Source: an uncultured Thiotrichales bacterium
GTDB lineage: Bacteria; Pseudomonadota; Gammaproteobacteria; UWMA-0217
Direction of reading: 5' to 3'
DNA: 64,000 nt
Assembly (NCBI GenBank): GCA_964620675.1
Contig: CAZUJU010000008.1
Coordinates: 16,434-80,433, forward strand
Each line of letters starts with the position of its first letter. The first letter of the stretch is position 1. Shown here piece by piece: positions 18,531 through 28,292 of this stretch. The notes below the pieces were generated by a model that was given only the letters and a program-made list of their open reading frames with translations, searched no databases and had not been told where the DNA came from. The position numbers were made by a program, and so were the translations under genes.

Positions 18531-18617
18531 AGCTCCTGTGAAAACATCCCCGATCGTCGCGAGGACACCGCGCTCAGGGGCGTCCGCAGCTGATTGCGGG
18601 ATGTTTTCATAGGCTCT
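18531..18617. repeat. 87-bp palindromic extragenic element (short form, inverted relative to 17546-17727)
   Basis: AGCTCCTGTGAAAACATCCCCGATCGTCGCGAGGACACCGCGCTCAGGGGCGTCCGCAGCTGATTGCGGGATGTTTTCATAGGCTCT. Its reverse complement aligns with both ends of the 182-bp element but lacks that element's roughly 100-bp central hairpin module. Confidence 0.8.
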
Positions 18618-18633
18618 CAGGGCGTTCCCGCGC

Positions 18634-19908
18634 TCATTCGGGCGCGAGTTCCGCGCCGGACGATACCGGGAGACCAGACGCAAGCATCTGTATCATTTCG
18701 ACAAATTCACCCTGTATGGCCGGCCAGGCGCGGCGCTGGGCGATCCACCGCGCGTGTTGCCCAATCGACTGCCAGCGGTCGCGGGACTCAAGCGCGTGGT
18801 GCGTGGCGGCCAAAAACCCGCGGGTATCGCGGTAGGGCGCGAGGAAGCCACATTCACCGTCGCGGATCAGTTCGGCGGCGGCCGCATAGGCGTAGCCAAC
18901 AACCGGCAGCGCGCTTGCCATGGCCTCGGCGACCACATTGCCGTAGGTCTCCGATTCCGACGCGAACACGAACAGATCCGCTGAGGCATAGTGAGCTGCG
19001 AGGGCCGTGCCGCGTTGTGCGCCGCAGAACACGATGTCAGGATGTTGGCGACGCAGGCGCGCTGCATCCGGTCCTTCTCCGACCATAATCAATCGCAGTT
19101 CGTGGTGAATGTCGCGGGCGTAACGGTAGCTCCGCAGGAGTAATTCGATATTCTTTTCGTGCGCGATCCTGCCTACGTAGAGCATCGCGATGGCTTCAGG
19201 CGCAAGACCCCACTGGGCGCGCAGCGTCTCATCCCGTCGTGCGGGTGTGAACAGCTCGGTGTCGACCCCGCGAGATTTCACCTGCAAGCGCTCGAATCCG
19301 CGCGATTCAAGTTCGTACCGGAGTGCGTGGGTTGGCACTAGCGTGAGCTGACATCGGTTGTGAAAGGCGCGTAAGTAGCGCGCGAGCGGTGCTTGCAACC
19401 AACCCAGGCGGTAGGCATGGGCGTAGCGATCGAATTGGGTATGGAATCCGGAAGCGACCGGTATGTCGAGCCTGCGCGCCGCATCGAGGGCGGTTCGACC
19501 GAGCGGGCCTTCGGTTGCGATATAGAGCGCATGCGGTCGGTCGTCGCGCCAGAGCCGCATCAATCGCGCCTGGGTCGTGATGCCGAAGCGCAGGTTGCGA
19601 TACATCGGCAGGGGAATGCCGGTGACCAGACACTCGTCGCGTACTCCGTCACCGCCGGCGCGCTCACCGGCGAACTGGCGCGGGCGAACGATCTGAACCC
19701 GATGTCCGGCCTGGCGCAGGGCCTGTTCATAGCGTTGCAGGGTGTGGGCGACGCCGTTGATTTCCGGCGGGTAGGTTTCGGAGACGAGGGCGATTCGTAG
19801 CGGGGTATTAGTAGGCGTCAGCGCCAGCGTTGCGGTTTGAGGTTCACGCGCGGGGTCCCGCTTGGTCGGTCGCGCCGCGGGGATCGACGATCTGTTGGAT
19901 AAGCGCAT
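18634..19908 (-). CDS. GT4-family (GT-B, retaining) glycosyltransferase
   Basis: LRIALVSETYPPEINGVAHTL N-terminus and the EX7E motif (ESETYGNVVAEAMA). The start is uncertain. The only in-frame ATG near the domain start (19906-19908) overlaps the upstream acyltransferase by 65 nt; the alternatives are CTG codons at 19825-19827 and 19819-19821. The 542-aa track ORF is over-extended. Confidence 0.75.
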   Translation of the reverse strand: MRLSNRSSIPAARPTKRDPAREPQTATLALTPTNTPLRIALVSETYPPEINGVAHTLQRYEQALRQAGHRVQIVRPRQFAGERAGGDGVRDECLVTGIPLPMYRNLRFGITTQARLMRLWRDDRPHALYIATEGPLGRTALDAARRLDIPVASGFHTQFDRYAHAYRLGWLQAPLARYLRAFHNRCQLTLVPTHALRYELESRGFERLQVKSRGVDTELFTPARRDETLRAQWGLAPEAIAMLYVGRIAHEKNIELLLRSYRYARDIHHELRLIMVGEGPDAARLRRQHPDIVFCGAQRGTALAAHYASADLFVFASESETYGNVVAEAMASALPVVGYAYAAAAELIRDGECGFLAPYRDTRGFLAATHHALESRDRWQSIGQHARWIAQRRAWPAIQGEFVEMIQMLASGLPVSSGAELAPE

Positions 19909-20695
19909 GGGTGGTGGTTGCGACCTGTTTGCGGGCCATACCGTCGATCTCGACCAGAGGTTGCGCAAATACCACCTCCACCGCGATCGATGGCTCGCCG
20001 AGGATATTCCAGAGGTTATCGAGGAGGTTTTGATCGTCGATGTAGGGCACCTTGGGATGCGGCTTGCCGTCGGCGTCCAGATAACGCAATGCGACGGGCT
20101 GAATCGCGAGGCGATGTTCCAGCGCTGGCGCGAACAGCCGGGCATGAAAGCGCAGCACGCTGTGCCCGTTGCTGGTGGTGCCCTCCGGAAACAGCACCAC
20201 CGAGTGCCCGGCCGCAAGGCGTCGGGCAATGCTTGAGGAGGCCTCGGTCGACGCATTCGCACCGCCGCGCGCGATAAACAGCGTTCCGGCGCGAGCCGCG
20301 AGCCAGCCGATCACGGGCCACCGTCGGACCTCGGCCTTGGAGAGAAATCCCACCAGGCCGCTGCCGCCGAGCACCGGAATATCCAGCCAGCTGACGTGGT
20401 TCGCGACCCAGAGCGCAGGTTGGCGCAGCGGGGTTCCGCGGTGGGAGACCCGCAAGCCGCAGAGTCGCGCGACGCGACCGAGAAACCAGCGACGCAGGCC
20501 TTGATACTGTGCGCTCGGCGGGTTGTCGCGCGCAGCGCCGGCGAGTACCAGGGTGATCAGGATGCCCAGCGCCAAATGCAGCGCGAGCAGGGTCAGGCGA
20601 TAGGTACGGCGGAGGTGTTTCATGCCGCATTGTAGCCCGCCGCGTCGGCCGGTCGCGACGCGGGCGACGTTCGTCAGGGCGGGTGCGCCGGACAT
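19844..20695 (-). CDS. olsA: Lysophospholipid/lyso-ornithine-lipid O-acyltransferase (PlsC family, OlsA-like)
   Basis: HX4D acyltransferase motif ANHVSWLDIP, the FPEGTTS motif, and an N-terminal TM helix. An alternative start is ATG 20621-20623 (MKHLRRTY…). It lies directly downstream of the olsB-like gene. Confidence 0.75.
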   Translation of the reverse strand: MSGAPALTNVARVATGRRGGLQCGMKHLRRTYRLTLLALHLALGILITLVLAGAARDNPPSAQYQGLRRWFLGRVARLCGLRVSHRGTPLRQPALWVANHVSWLDIPVLGGSGLVGFLSKAEVRRWPVIGWLAARAGTLFIARGGANASTEASSSIARRLAAGHSVVLFPEGTTSNGHSVLRFHARLFAPALEHRLAIQPVALRYLDADGKPHPKVPYIDDQNLLDNLWNILGEPSIAVEVVFAQPLVEIDGMARKQVATTTHALIQQIVDPRGATDQAGPRA

Positions 20696-20699
20696 CCAC

Positions 20700-21506
20700 T
20701 TAGCAGTGCCCGCCCGCGCTCGTCACGGCAGGGACCGCTGCCGGGCGGGCCCCGCGTTGCAGGAAATGCCGCTGGTAGCGCGGGTTGAGGTCGTCGAGGT
20801 CAAGCAGGATGAACACATCCGCCACGTTGAAATCGCGGTCCCAGCACGGTTCCCCGCCCACCTTGGCGCCCAGGCGCAGGTACGCTTTAAGCAAGGGCGG
20901 CAACTGCGCCTTGAGTGCGGTCGATGCGGGGGCTTGCGGCACCGGGAGTCGCGGTGTGACGCGGCGGCTCGCATGGGTCATGGACTCCGCGCGCAGGCGA
21001 CGCATGATCGCATCGATCTGCGCGCCCCCGTCACGCAGGCTGACGCTGGCGCAGCCGATGAGGTAGTCGAAGCGATGGATGGTCATGAACCGGGCCAGCC
21101 CCGACCAAAGCACCGAAATCGCGCCGCCTGAGCGGTACGCGCAATGAACGCAGGTTCGCCCGATCTCCATCGCTCGCCCCGGCAGCGGTAGCAGCGCGCT
21201 GAGATCGAATTCGTCGGCTGAGTAAAATCCACCGGTCTGACGCGCGTGGGCATCGGTCAGGATCCGGGTGCTCGCGACGACCGCGCCGGTCTCGGCGTCG
21301 CGCACCAGCAGGTGTTGGCAAAACGTGTCGTAGTAGTCACGGTCGACGCCGGCGTCATCGGTCCGTAAATGCGCGCCGCCTTCCTCAGCGAAGATCTGGT
21401 AGCGCAGACGTTGCGATTCGAGCACCGCTTGCGCATCGGCGGCGAGTTCGACGACCAGGTTGCGTGCCGAGGGTGCGGCGGCACAGGCATAGGCGGCTTC
21501 GGGCAT
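20700..21506 (-). CDS. olsB: OlsB-like N-acyltransferase (GNAT, Acetyltransf_5 type; ornithine/aminoacyl lipid synthase)
   Basis: LRYQIFAEEGGA…DRDYYDTFCQHLLVRD…STRIL…GFYSADEFDL…MEIGRTCVHCAYR matches the pattern remembered for OlsB / hemolysin-like N-acyl amino acid synthases. Confidence 0.8.
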   Translation of the reverse strand: MPEAAYACAAAPSARNLVVELAADAQAVLESQRLRYQIFAEEGGAHLRTDDAGVDRDYYDTFCQHLLVRDAETGAVVASTRILTDAHARQTGGFYSADEFDLSALLPLPGRAMEIGRTCVHCAYRSGGAISVLWSGLARFMTIHRFDYLIGCASVSLRDGGAQIDAIMRRLRAESMTHASRRVTPRLPVPQAPASTALKAQLPPLLKAYLRLGAKVGGEPCWDRDFNVADVFILLDLDDLNPRYQRHFLQRGARPAAVPAVTSAGGHC

Positions 21507-21536
21507 GGGCGAAAGTCCGAGGGTGGAGTTCGCCTG

Positions 21537-21592
21537 ATGCTAGCGGCAGCGCGTGACAGCGGAATGACGTCGCGGTGAAGTTTCGATGACGG
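21537..21592 (-). promoter_or_regulatory. Candidate PhoB-dependent promoter: four phased Pho-box-like heptamers plus a -10-like hexamer
   Basis: The minus strand (21592 to 21553) reads CCGTCAT cgaa ACTTCAC cgcg ACGTCAT tccg CTGTCAC, that is 7-bp repeats in strict 11-bp register. Ten nt further is TAGCAT (21542-21537). The olsB ATG (21506) is 30 nt beyond that. Confidence 0.5.
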
Positions 21593-21625
21593 ACGGACGC
21601 GGATTCGGACGCGGGCGCCCGAATT

Positions 21626-23680
21626 TCAGCCGCGGTCGCCCAACGCGGCGCGCAATTCCGCCGGCGCGCGCGCCGGCGCGGCGCAGGTCAGGCCTTCGCA
21701 CAGGTAGGCCACGGTGCCATCCAACGGTGGTTTGGCGGCCAATCCTGGTGGTAACGCGGTGACCGCGCGCGGAATCGCAAAGCACATCAGGCCCGGGGTA
21801 TAACCGGGTGGCAACGCGGATTGCCAAGTCGCGAAAGACTCGGGATCGCCCCGCAGTATGACCAGACGCGGCGGGTGGAGTTGCTCTGCCAGCGCGTCGA
21901 GCAGGCCGCAATGCGCGGCGGGCGATTGCCGCAGCCAACCGGAGGCGGCTCGGATGCAGCGTTCCGCGGCGTCCAGATAGCGGGTTTCGCCGAGGAGATA
22001 ACCCAAGCGCGCGAGCGCCTGAGCCGCCGCGGCGTTGCCGTTCGGAATTGCCTCGTCGGCAAAACCTTTCGGCCGCTGCAGCAGGGTTTCGTGATCGTCC
22101 GCCGTGAAGTAAAAGCCGCCGTGGATATGATCCTCGAAGTGCATCAGGAGAACGTCTGCAATCTGTTGGGCGAACTCGAGGTCATCGCTGCGCCAGCGAC
22201 ACTGCAATAGCTCCAGCAAGGCGCTGAGTAGGAACGCATGGTCGTCGAGGTAGGCCATGAGGTGCGCGTGCCCATCCTTGTAGGTCGCGAGCAAGCGGCC
22301 ATCGCGCCAAAGCTGGGCGCGGAGGAAGTCAAGCGCCCGTTCGGCGGAGTGTAGGCACTCGGGCAGCGCCAGGTGGCGGGCGGCGAGGGCCATGCCGTGA
22401 ATCATCAGGGCGTTCCAGGCGCCGAGAATCTTGTCGTCGCGTGCGGGCCAAACCCGCGCAACGCGCGCCGTGTACAGGCGGGTGCGGGCATCCTCCAGTC
22501 GCGCGGCGACGGTCGCGACATCGACACCGAATTCGTCCGCCAGCCGGGCGGGTGTGACCGCGATGCGCGGGTGCCAGCGACCTTCAAAATTCGGTGCGCG
22601 ATCGAACCCGAAGCCGCGTCGGGCGAGCGCGTAGGCGTCGCCGGGAAGCAAGTCGCGCACCTCGTTCCGGTTCCAAACGTAGAACCGACCTTCCTCGCTC
22701 TCGGAATCGGCGTCGAGACTGGAGTAGTAACCGCCTTCGGGTGACTGCATCTCGTGCATGACCCAGTGCGCGGTTTCGCGCCCGATGCGGTGAAACAGGT
22801 CGTTGCCGGTCGCGGCGTAGGCCGTGCTGTAGAGGCCGAGCAGGGGGCCGTTGTCGTACAGCATCTTTTCGAAGTGCGGAATCATCCAGTCGTCGTCGGT
22901 CGAATACCGGCAAAAACCGCCGCCGATCTGGTCGTAAAGGCCGCCTTGCGCCATTTTTTCCAGTGTATCGGTGGTCATGGTCAACGCCGCTGTATCGGCG
23001 CGACCGCTCGCTCGGGTGCCGGCCCAGTGCCGCAGCAGGCGTGTGAGGTAGGTCGGATGAGGAAATTTCGGTGCCCGTCCGAATCCACCGCGTTCTGGAT
23101 CGTAGTCGCGGGCGAGCTCGCTGCGCGCCATGTCGAACACGCTGGTGTCGAGCGGCTGTGGGGCCTGAGCGGCATAGACCTCGCCCAGGGCGTGCGCGAC
23201 CGCTACATTTTGGCTTTCGATTTCATCGTGATGCGCGTGGTAATACTCGGCGAGACGTTGCAGCAAGTCCTTGAACGCGGGCAAGCCGTGGCGCGCCGTC
23301 TGGGGGAAGTAGGTGCCGCCAAAGAACGGGACTTGCCGCTCCGGGGACAGAAACATCGTCAACGGCCAGCCGCCGGCGCGGCGCGCGAGCATCTGGTGCG
23401 CGAGCTGGTAGATCTTGTCGAGGTCAGGGCGTTCCTCGCGATCGACCTTGATGTTGATAAACAGGGCGTTCATCAGGTCGGCCGTCTCCGGGTCGGCGAA
23501 GGATTCGTGTGCCATCACGTGACACCAGTGACAGGCCGAGTAGCCGACCGAGAGCAGGATGATCTTCTGTTCCGCCCGGGCGCGGGTTAGCGCTTCCTCG
23601 CCCCAGGGATACCAGTCGACGGGATTGTCGGCGTGCTGTTGCAGGTAGGGGCTGGTCTCGCGGGCGAGGCGATTCGGCAT
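21626..23680 (-). CDS. Thioredoxin-domain (DUF255) / six-hairpin glycosidase-like protein, YyaL/SSP411 family
   Basis: N-terminus [20 protein letters not shown]…[16 protein letters not shown] (DUF255 thioredoxin-like) followed by a long alpha/alpha-toroid-like region. Confidence 0.85.
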   Translation of the reverse strand: MPNRLARETSPYLQQHADNPVDWYPWGEEALTRARAEQKIILLSVGYSACHWCHVMAHESFADPETADLMNALFINIKVDREERPDLDKIYQLAHQMLARRAGGWPLTMFLSPERQVPFFGGTYFPQTARHGLPAFKDLLQRLAEYYHAHHDEIESQNVAVAHALGEVYAAQAPQPLDTSVFDMARSELARDYDPERGGFGRAPKFPHPTYLTRLLRHWAGTRASGRADTAALTMTTDTLEKMAQGGLYDQIGGGFCRYSTDDDWMIPHFEKMLYDNGPLLGLYSTAYAATGNDLFHRIGRETAHWVMHEMQSPEGGYYSSLDADSESEEGRFYVWNRNEVRDLLPGDAYALARRGFGFDRAPNFEGRWHPRIAVTPARLADEFGVDVATVAARLEDARTRLYTARVARVWPARDDKILGAWNALMIHGMALAARHLALPECLHSAERALDFLRAQLWRDGRLLATYKDGHAHLMAYLDDHAFLLSALLELLQCRWRSDDLEFAQQIADVLLMHFEDHIHGGFYFTADDHETLLQRPKGFADEAIPNGNAAAAQALARLGYLLGETRYLDAAERCIRAASGWLRQSPAAHCGLLDALAEQLHPPRLVILRGDPESFATWQSALPPGYTPGLMCFAIPRAVTALPPGLAAKPPLDGTVAYLCEGLTCAAPARAPAELRAALGDRG

Positions 23681-23810
23681 GGCGGTGTCCCGAGCGAACG
23701 GTTGATTGGAGGCGACTATAGCGGCGGGGGGGTGTGCGTGTCCTGAAGCCGAGGCGTCGTCAAGGTTTTCGGTATACTGTGCAGTCGCTCACAAAATGTT
23801 ATCCAGCACC

Positions 23811-25013
23811 ATGACCTCACCGCCGTTGGAATACGCGCCGCTGCGCCTGAAAAAGCACGAAGAACGCCGGCTTCGGCAAGGCCATCCCTGGGTCTACAGC
23901 AACGAGATCGACGTTCATGCGACGCCGCTCAAGGCCTTCTCGCCCGGTCAGGCGATCGAGTTGCAGGATGCGCGCGGGACGGCGCTCGGTACCGGCTACG
24001 TCAATCCGCATTCGCTGATTTGCGCACGCTTGGTGAGCCGCGATCCGCGCCATCCTTTCACCTCGTCGTTGCTGGTGCATCGCCTCAAGGTGGCGCTGGC
24101 GTTGCGCGAGCGGATTTATCCCACGCCGCATTATCGGCTTGTGTACGGTGAGGGCGATGGTCTGCCCGGGCTGGTGGTCGATCGCTACGGCAATGCGCTG
24201 GTGGTGCAGACGACCACCGCAGGGATGGAGGTCCGGCTCGATGCCATTGTCGACGCGCTGAACAAGGTGCTGCGCCCGGAATTGATTGTGGTGCGCAATG
24301 AGGGCCCGTTGCGGGCGCTGGAGGGCTTGGAATCCTACCGTCGCGTGGTGCAAGGGGAGGCCGCCGAGGCCCTGGAAATTGAGGAGCTCGGGGTGCGCTT
24401 TCAGGCGCCGTTGCTGGAGGGGCAGAAGACCGGCTGGTTTTTCGATCAACGCGACAATCGCCGCGAACTCGCAAGGTTTGCGCCGGGCGCGCGGGTGCTG
24501 GATGTGTTCAGCTACCTCGGCGGCTGGGGGTTACAGGCGGCGCGTCAGGGCGCGCGCGAGGTGCTGTGCGTGGACGAGTCCGCACGCGCCGGAGAGTGGC
24601 TGCGGCGCAATGCGGAATTGAACGGACTGTCGCAGGTCGAGTTTCAGGCGGCGGATGCGTTCGCCGCGCTTAAGGGCTTGCGCGAGGCCGGTCGTAGCTT
24701 CGATTTGGTGATTGTGGATCCGCCGGCTTTCATCAAACGCCGTAAGGATTACGACACCGGCATCGAGGCCTATCGCCGTCTCAACCAGCAGGCGATCCAG
24801 GTGTTGGAGCGCGACGGTTTTCTGATTTCCTGCTCGTGTTCGTATCACCTGCCGCGCGAGGCCCTGCTGCAACAGCTGCACGCCGCCGCCCGACATCTCG
24901 ATCGCAACCTGCAAATCCTCGGGTTCGGACAGCAATCGGCGGATCACCCATTACACCCGATGATCCCGGAATCGGCCTACCTCAAGGCGATCTTCGCGCG
25001 CGTCACGGCTTAG
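23811..25013 (+). CDS. rlmI: 23S rRNA (cytosine1962-C5)-methyltransferase RlmI-like SAM-dependent methyltransferase
   Basis: LRLKKHEERRLRQGHPWVYSNEI (PUA-like N-terminus), LDVFSYLGGWG SAM motif, DPPAF motif. ATG 23796 is an alternative start. Confidence 0.85.
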   Translation: MTSPPLEYAPLRLKKHEERRLRQGHPWVYSNEIDVHATPLKAFSPGQAIELQDARGTALGTGYVNPHSLICARLVSRDPRHPFTSSLLVHRLKVALALRERIYPTPHYRLVYGEGDGLPGLVVDRYGNALVVQTTTAGMEVRLDAIVDALNKVLRPELIVVRNEGPLRALEGLESYRRVVQGEAAEALEIEELGVRFQAPLLEGQKTGWFFDQRDNRRELARFAPGARVLDVFSYLGGWGLQAARQGAREVLCVDESARAGEWLRRNAELNGLSQVEFQAADAFAALKGLREAGRSFDLVIVDPPAFIKRRKDYDTGIEAYRRLNQQAIQVLERDGFLISCSCSYHLPREALLQQLHAAARHLDRNLQILGFGQQSADHPLHPMIPESAYLKAIFARVTA

Positions 25014-25028
25014 GGTAGGATACGGAAG

Positions 25029-25823
25029 ATGCTGACCCACCCGAATATCGATCCCGTCGCGCTCGCGCTTGGCCCGCTCCAGGTGCACTGGTACGGCATG
25101 ATGTATCTGATTGGTTTCCTGGCGTTTTGGTGGCTGGGCAAACGTCGCGCGCGGCGGCCGGACTATCCAATTCAGCCGGAGCAGGTCAGCGACCTGCTGT
25201 TCTACGGGGCGCTCGGGGTCATCCTCGGCGGCCGCATTGGCTACATCCTGTTCTACAACTTTGACCAGTTCCTGGCCGATCCGCTGACGCTGTTCCGCAT
25301 CTGGGAGGGCGGCATGAGTTTTCACGGTGGATTGATCGGCGTGCTGTTGGTTATCGCACTGTTTGCACATCGGCTGGGAACGGGCTTTTTCAATCTCGCG
25401 GATTTCGTCGCGCCGCTGATCCCGATCGGACTCGGGACTGGGCGGATCGGCAATTTTATCAACGGTGAGCTGTGGGGGCGGGCGACGGATGTGCCCTGGG
25501 CGATGGTGTTTCCGGCCGTGGATGAAGTGCCGCGGCATCCCTCGCAGCTGTATCAAGTGTTCCTTGAAGGCGTTGTACTGTTCGCCTTGCTCTGGATTTA
25601 TTCGCGCAAACCGCGCCCAACCGCGGCGGTGTCGGGGCTATTCCTGATCGGCTACGGCGTATTTCGCTTTCTGGTCGAGTTCGTTCGCGAACCCGACGCG
25701 CATCTCGGTTTTGTCGCGCTCGACTGGCTCTCGATGGGACAGCTTCTGAGTCTGCCGATGATTGTGTTCGGGGTGTTGCTGATGGTTCTCGCCTATCGCC
25801 GCAAACCCGCGAGCGCGGTATGA
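25029..25823 (+). CDS. lgt: Phosphatidylglycerol-prolipoprotein diacylglyceryl transferase
   Basis: [24 protein letters not shown]…GGRIGY…[11 protein letters not shown]…[14 protein letters not shown]…HPSQLYQ is canonical Lgt. Confidence 0.95.
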   Translation: MLTHPNIDPVALALGPLQVHWYGMMYLIGFLAFWWLGKRRARRPDYPIQPEQVSDLLFYGALGVILGGRIGYILFYNFDQFLADPLTLFRIWEGGMSFHGGLIGVLLVIALFAHRLGTGFFNLADFVAPLIPIGLGTGRIGNFINGELWGRATDVPWAMVFPAVDEVPRHPSQLYQVFLEGVVLFALLWIYSRKPRPTAAVSGLFLIGYGVFRFLVEFVREPDAHLGFVALDWLSMGQLLSLPMIVFGVLLMVLAYRRKPASAV

Positions 25824-26614
25824 AACAGTATCTCGATCTGATGCGCCTGGTGCGCACCCAGGGCGCGCGCAAGGAAGACCGCACCGGCACCGGCACGCTC
25901 TCGGTCTTCGGCCATCAGATGCGGTTTGATCTGGGCGCCGGTTTTCCCTTGGTGACCACCAAGAAACTGCACCTGCGCTCGATCATTCACGAGTTACTTT
26001 GGTTTTTAAAAGGCGACACCAATGTCGCGTACCTCAATGCCAACCGGGTCTCGATCTGGGACGAATGGGCCGATGAACGCGGTGAGCTGGGACCGATCTA
26101 TGGGTATCAATGGCGTTCGTGGCCGGACTACAGCGGGCGACCGATCGACCAGATGCGCGATGTGGTGCAACAAATCCGGGCCAACCCGGACTCGCGTCGC
26201 TTGATCGTCAGCGCCTGGAATGTCGGACACATCGATCGGATGGCGTTGCCGCCCTGTCATTTACTGTTTCAGTTCTACGTGGCGAACGGCCGGCTTTCGT
26301 GTCAACTGTACCAACGCAGCGCCGACATCTTTCTCGGGGTGCCGTTCAATATCGCCTCGTATGCGCTACTGACCCTGATGGTGGCGCAGGTCACCGGGCT
26401 TGAACCCGGAGAGTTCATCCACACCCTTGGCGATGCGCATCTCTATCTCAACCATCTCGAACAGGCCGATCTGCAACTCGCGCGCGAACCCCTGCCATTA
26501 CCGCGCATACGCCTGAATCCGGCGGTGACCGATCTGTTCGAATTCCGCTATGAGGACTTCGAACTGCTCGATTATCAAGCGCATCCGCACATCAAGGCGC
26601 CGGTTGCGGTCTAG
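25820..26614 (+). CDS. thyA: Thymidylate synthase
   Basis: MKQYLDLMR…[12 protein letters not shown]…[11 protein letters not shown]…[24 protein letters not shown] is canonical ThyA. ATGA overlap with lgt. Confidence 0.97.
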   Translation: MKQYLDLMRLVRTQGARKEDRTGTGTLSVFGHQMRFDLGAGFPLVTTKKLHLRSIIHELLWFLKGDTNVAYLNANRVSIWDEWADERGELGPIYGYQWRSWPDYSGRPIDQMRDVVQQIRANPDSRRLIVSAWNVGHIDRMALPPCHLLFQFYVANGRLSCQLYQRSADIFLGVPFNIASYALLTLMVAQVTGLEPGEFIHTLGDAHLYLNHLEQADLQLAREPLPLPRIRLNPAVTDLFEFRYEDFELLDYQAHPHIKAPVAV

Positions 26615-26623
26615 CTTGCCGCG

Positions 26624-27121
26624 ATGATCGTCTCACTGATCGCCGCCGTCGCGCACAACGGGGTGCTGGGTCGCGACAACCAGATGCCCTGGCATTTACC
26701 GGCCGATCTCAAACACTTTCGCGCGCTGACCTTGGGCAAGCCGATCATCATGGGGCGGCGAACCTTTGAATCGCTTGGGCGGAAATTGCTGCCGGGACGT
26801 TTGAATATCATTCTGACCCGCGCGGCGGCGTTTCAGGTCGATGGCGCCGTCGTCGCCCACAGTGTTGAGCAGGCCCTAGCCGCGGCAGAGCCGGCGCCGG
26901 AGGTCATGATCATTGGTGGCGCCGAGGTTTACCGCCTGTTTTACGCCCGCGCGCAACACCTTTATCTGACCGAGATCGACGCCGCGATCGACGGCGACAC
27001 GCACTTCCCCGAAATCGCCCGGAGCGACTGGGTTGAAATCGCCCGTACCCACCGCCCCGCCGATGCCGCCAACCCCTACCCGATGGACTTCGTCGAATAC
27101 CAGCGCGCCGCCATGCGCTGA
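26624..27121 (+). CDS. folA: Dihydrofolate reductase
   Basis: MIVSLIAAVAHNGVLGRDNQMPWHLPADLKHFRALTLGKPIIMGRRTFES is canonical FolA. Confidence 0.95.
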   Translation: MIVSLIAAVAHNGVLGRDNQMPWHLPADLKHFRALTLGKPIIMGRRTFESLGRKLLPGRLNIILTRAAAFQVDGAVVAHSVEQALAAAEPAPEVMIIGGAEVYRLFYARAQHLYLTEIDAAIDGDTHFPEIARSDWVEIARTHRPADAANPYPMDFVEYQRAAMR

Positions 27122-27366
27122 ATCGCGTCCCTAGGTCCGGCCGACGGCGGATCGACGCCAGGCTTCCCGCGACGCCTCTCGTTATCGCTTTTTTAACGTC
27201 AATTCAGCGTGTTGCCGAAGTCATCGCGGCCTGCGTGAGCACCAGCGGGCAAACGGACCGTCCCAACGGTCGCGACCTCCTCAACCGAAAGGTGAAGCAG
27301 TCCATCACTCCGCTGCCGCGTATCCCCTAGGCTATTCCCAAAGCCTGATAACAAGAACAACGAGCC

Positions 27367-27861
27367 ATGAAGAACAAGAATAGAGGCTTCAATGTCATCG
27401 AACTGATCGTGACGCTGGGGATCGCTTCCACGTTGATGTCGCTCGCCATCCCCAGTTACCGCTGGATGGTGCAGAACAATCGCGTTGTCGCGACGACGAA
27501 TACCCTCGTAACCGCCATTCAGATGGCGCGCAGCGAGGCGATCAAGCAGGGCGTCGAATTGCAACTGGTGGCGCGGGACGGGGACTGGAACGCCGGCTGG
27601 GATATCGGCATCGACCTCGACGGCGATGGCAGTTTTGACGGCGACGGGGAATCCATTCTGCAGGGCTGGGACGGTCCGGGCGATGGACTCGCGCTTAGCA
27701 TGGCTGCCAACCGCGTCAGCATTCGTGCCAACGGTCGCGCGCGCGATGCGGCGGCGTTCGTGGTCACGCCGCACGAGTGCACGAGTGGCCAAAACCTGCA
27801 ACGACAGGTCAACGTCGCGACCTCGGGCCAGGTCGCGACCGTTGCGGTGGCCTGCCCATGA
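27367..27861 (+). CDS. fimU: Type IV pilus minor pilin, GspH/FimU family
   Basis: Prepilin leader MKNKNRG/FNVIELIV with an N-terminal hydrophobic helix. It is the first gene of a minor-pilin operon. Confidence 0.8.
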   Translation: MKNKNRGFNVIELIVTLGIASTLMSLAIPSYRWMVQNNRVVATTNTLVTAIQMARSEAIKQGVELQLVARDGDWNAGWDIGIDLDGDGSFDGDGESILQGWDGPGDGLALSMAANRVSIRANGRARDAAAFVVTPHECTSGQNLQRQVNVATSGQVATVAVACP

Positions 27862-28292
27862 GCGGGGCGTCAGGCGGGCTGAAGGAACAGCGTGGGGTGA
27901 CCTTGACGGAGGTGTTGGTGACCATCCTGATCTTGAGTATTGGATTGCTGGGAATGGCGAATCTGCAGGTGCGCAGTTTGCGAAACACCTTGACCACCGA
28001 ACTTTCGAACCAGGCCAACGCAGCCGTCACGGCGATGATCGAGCGGATGCGGGCCAATTCCGGCGAGGCACGCAACGGCGATTACAACATCAGCCTCGGC
28101 GCTGAGCCTGAGGGTGCGGGGCTTGCCTTGACGGATCTGCAAGCTTGGAAGGGCGAACTCAACACGGGCTTGCCGAGCGGCGATGGCGCCATCGACTGCG
28201 ACTTGAGCGGTGTATGCACCGTGACGGTGCGCTGGACCCTCGATGAGGCCTCGGGCGGCTTGCGACAGCTGCAAATGCAGGTGGTGCTATGA
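27858..28292 (+). CDS. pilV: Type IV pilus minor pilin PilV
   Basis: Leader …KEQRG/VTLTEVLVTILILSIGLLGMANLQ. ATGA overlap with fimU; the track ORF start 27777 is over-extended. Confidence 0.8.
   Translation: MSGASGGLKEQRGVTLTEVLVTILILSIGLLGMANLQVRSLRNTLTTELSNQANAAVTAMIERMRANSGEARNGDYNISLGAEPEGAGLALTDLQAWKGELNTGLPSGDGAIDCDLSGVCTVTVRWTLDEASGGLRQLQMQVVL

Noticed and set aside
19909-20262. N-terminal 118 codons of the 542-aa track ORF (18634-20262)
   Set aside because: This part overlaps the PlsC-type acyltransferase gene in another frame, is Arg/Cys/Ser-rich nonsense, and precedes the recognisable GT4 N-terminus (LRIALVSETYPPEINGVA).
27122-27366. AlgR-type or sigma54-type promoter upstream of fimU
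   Set aside because: No GG-N10-GC element with correct spacing and no convincing CCGT(T/G)CGTC AlgR site could be found by eye. The region is left unannotated.
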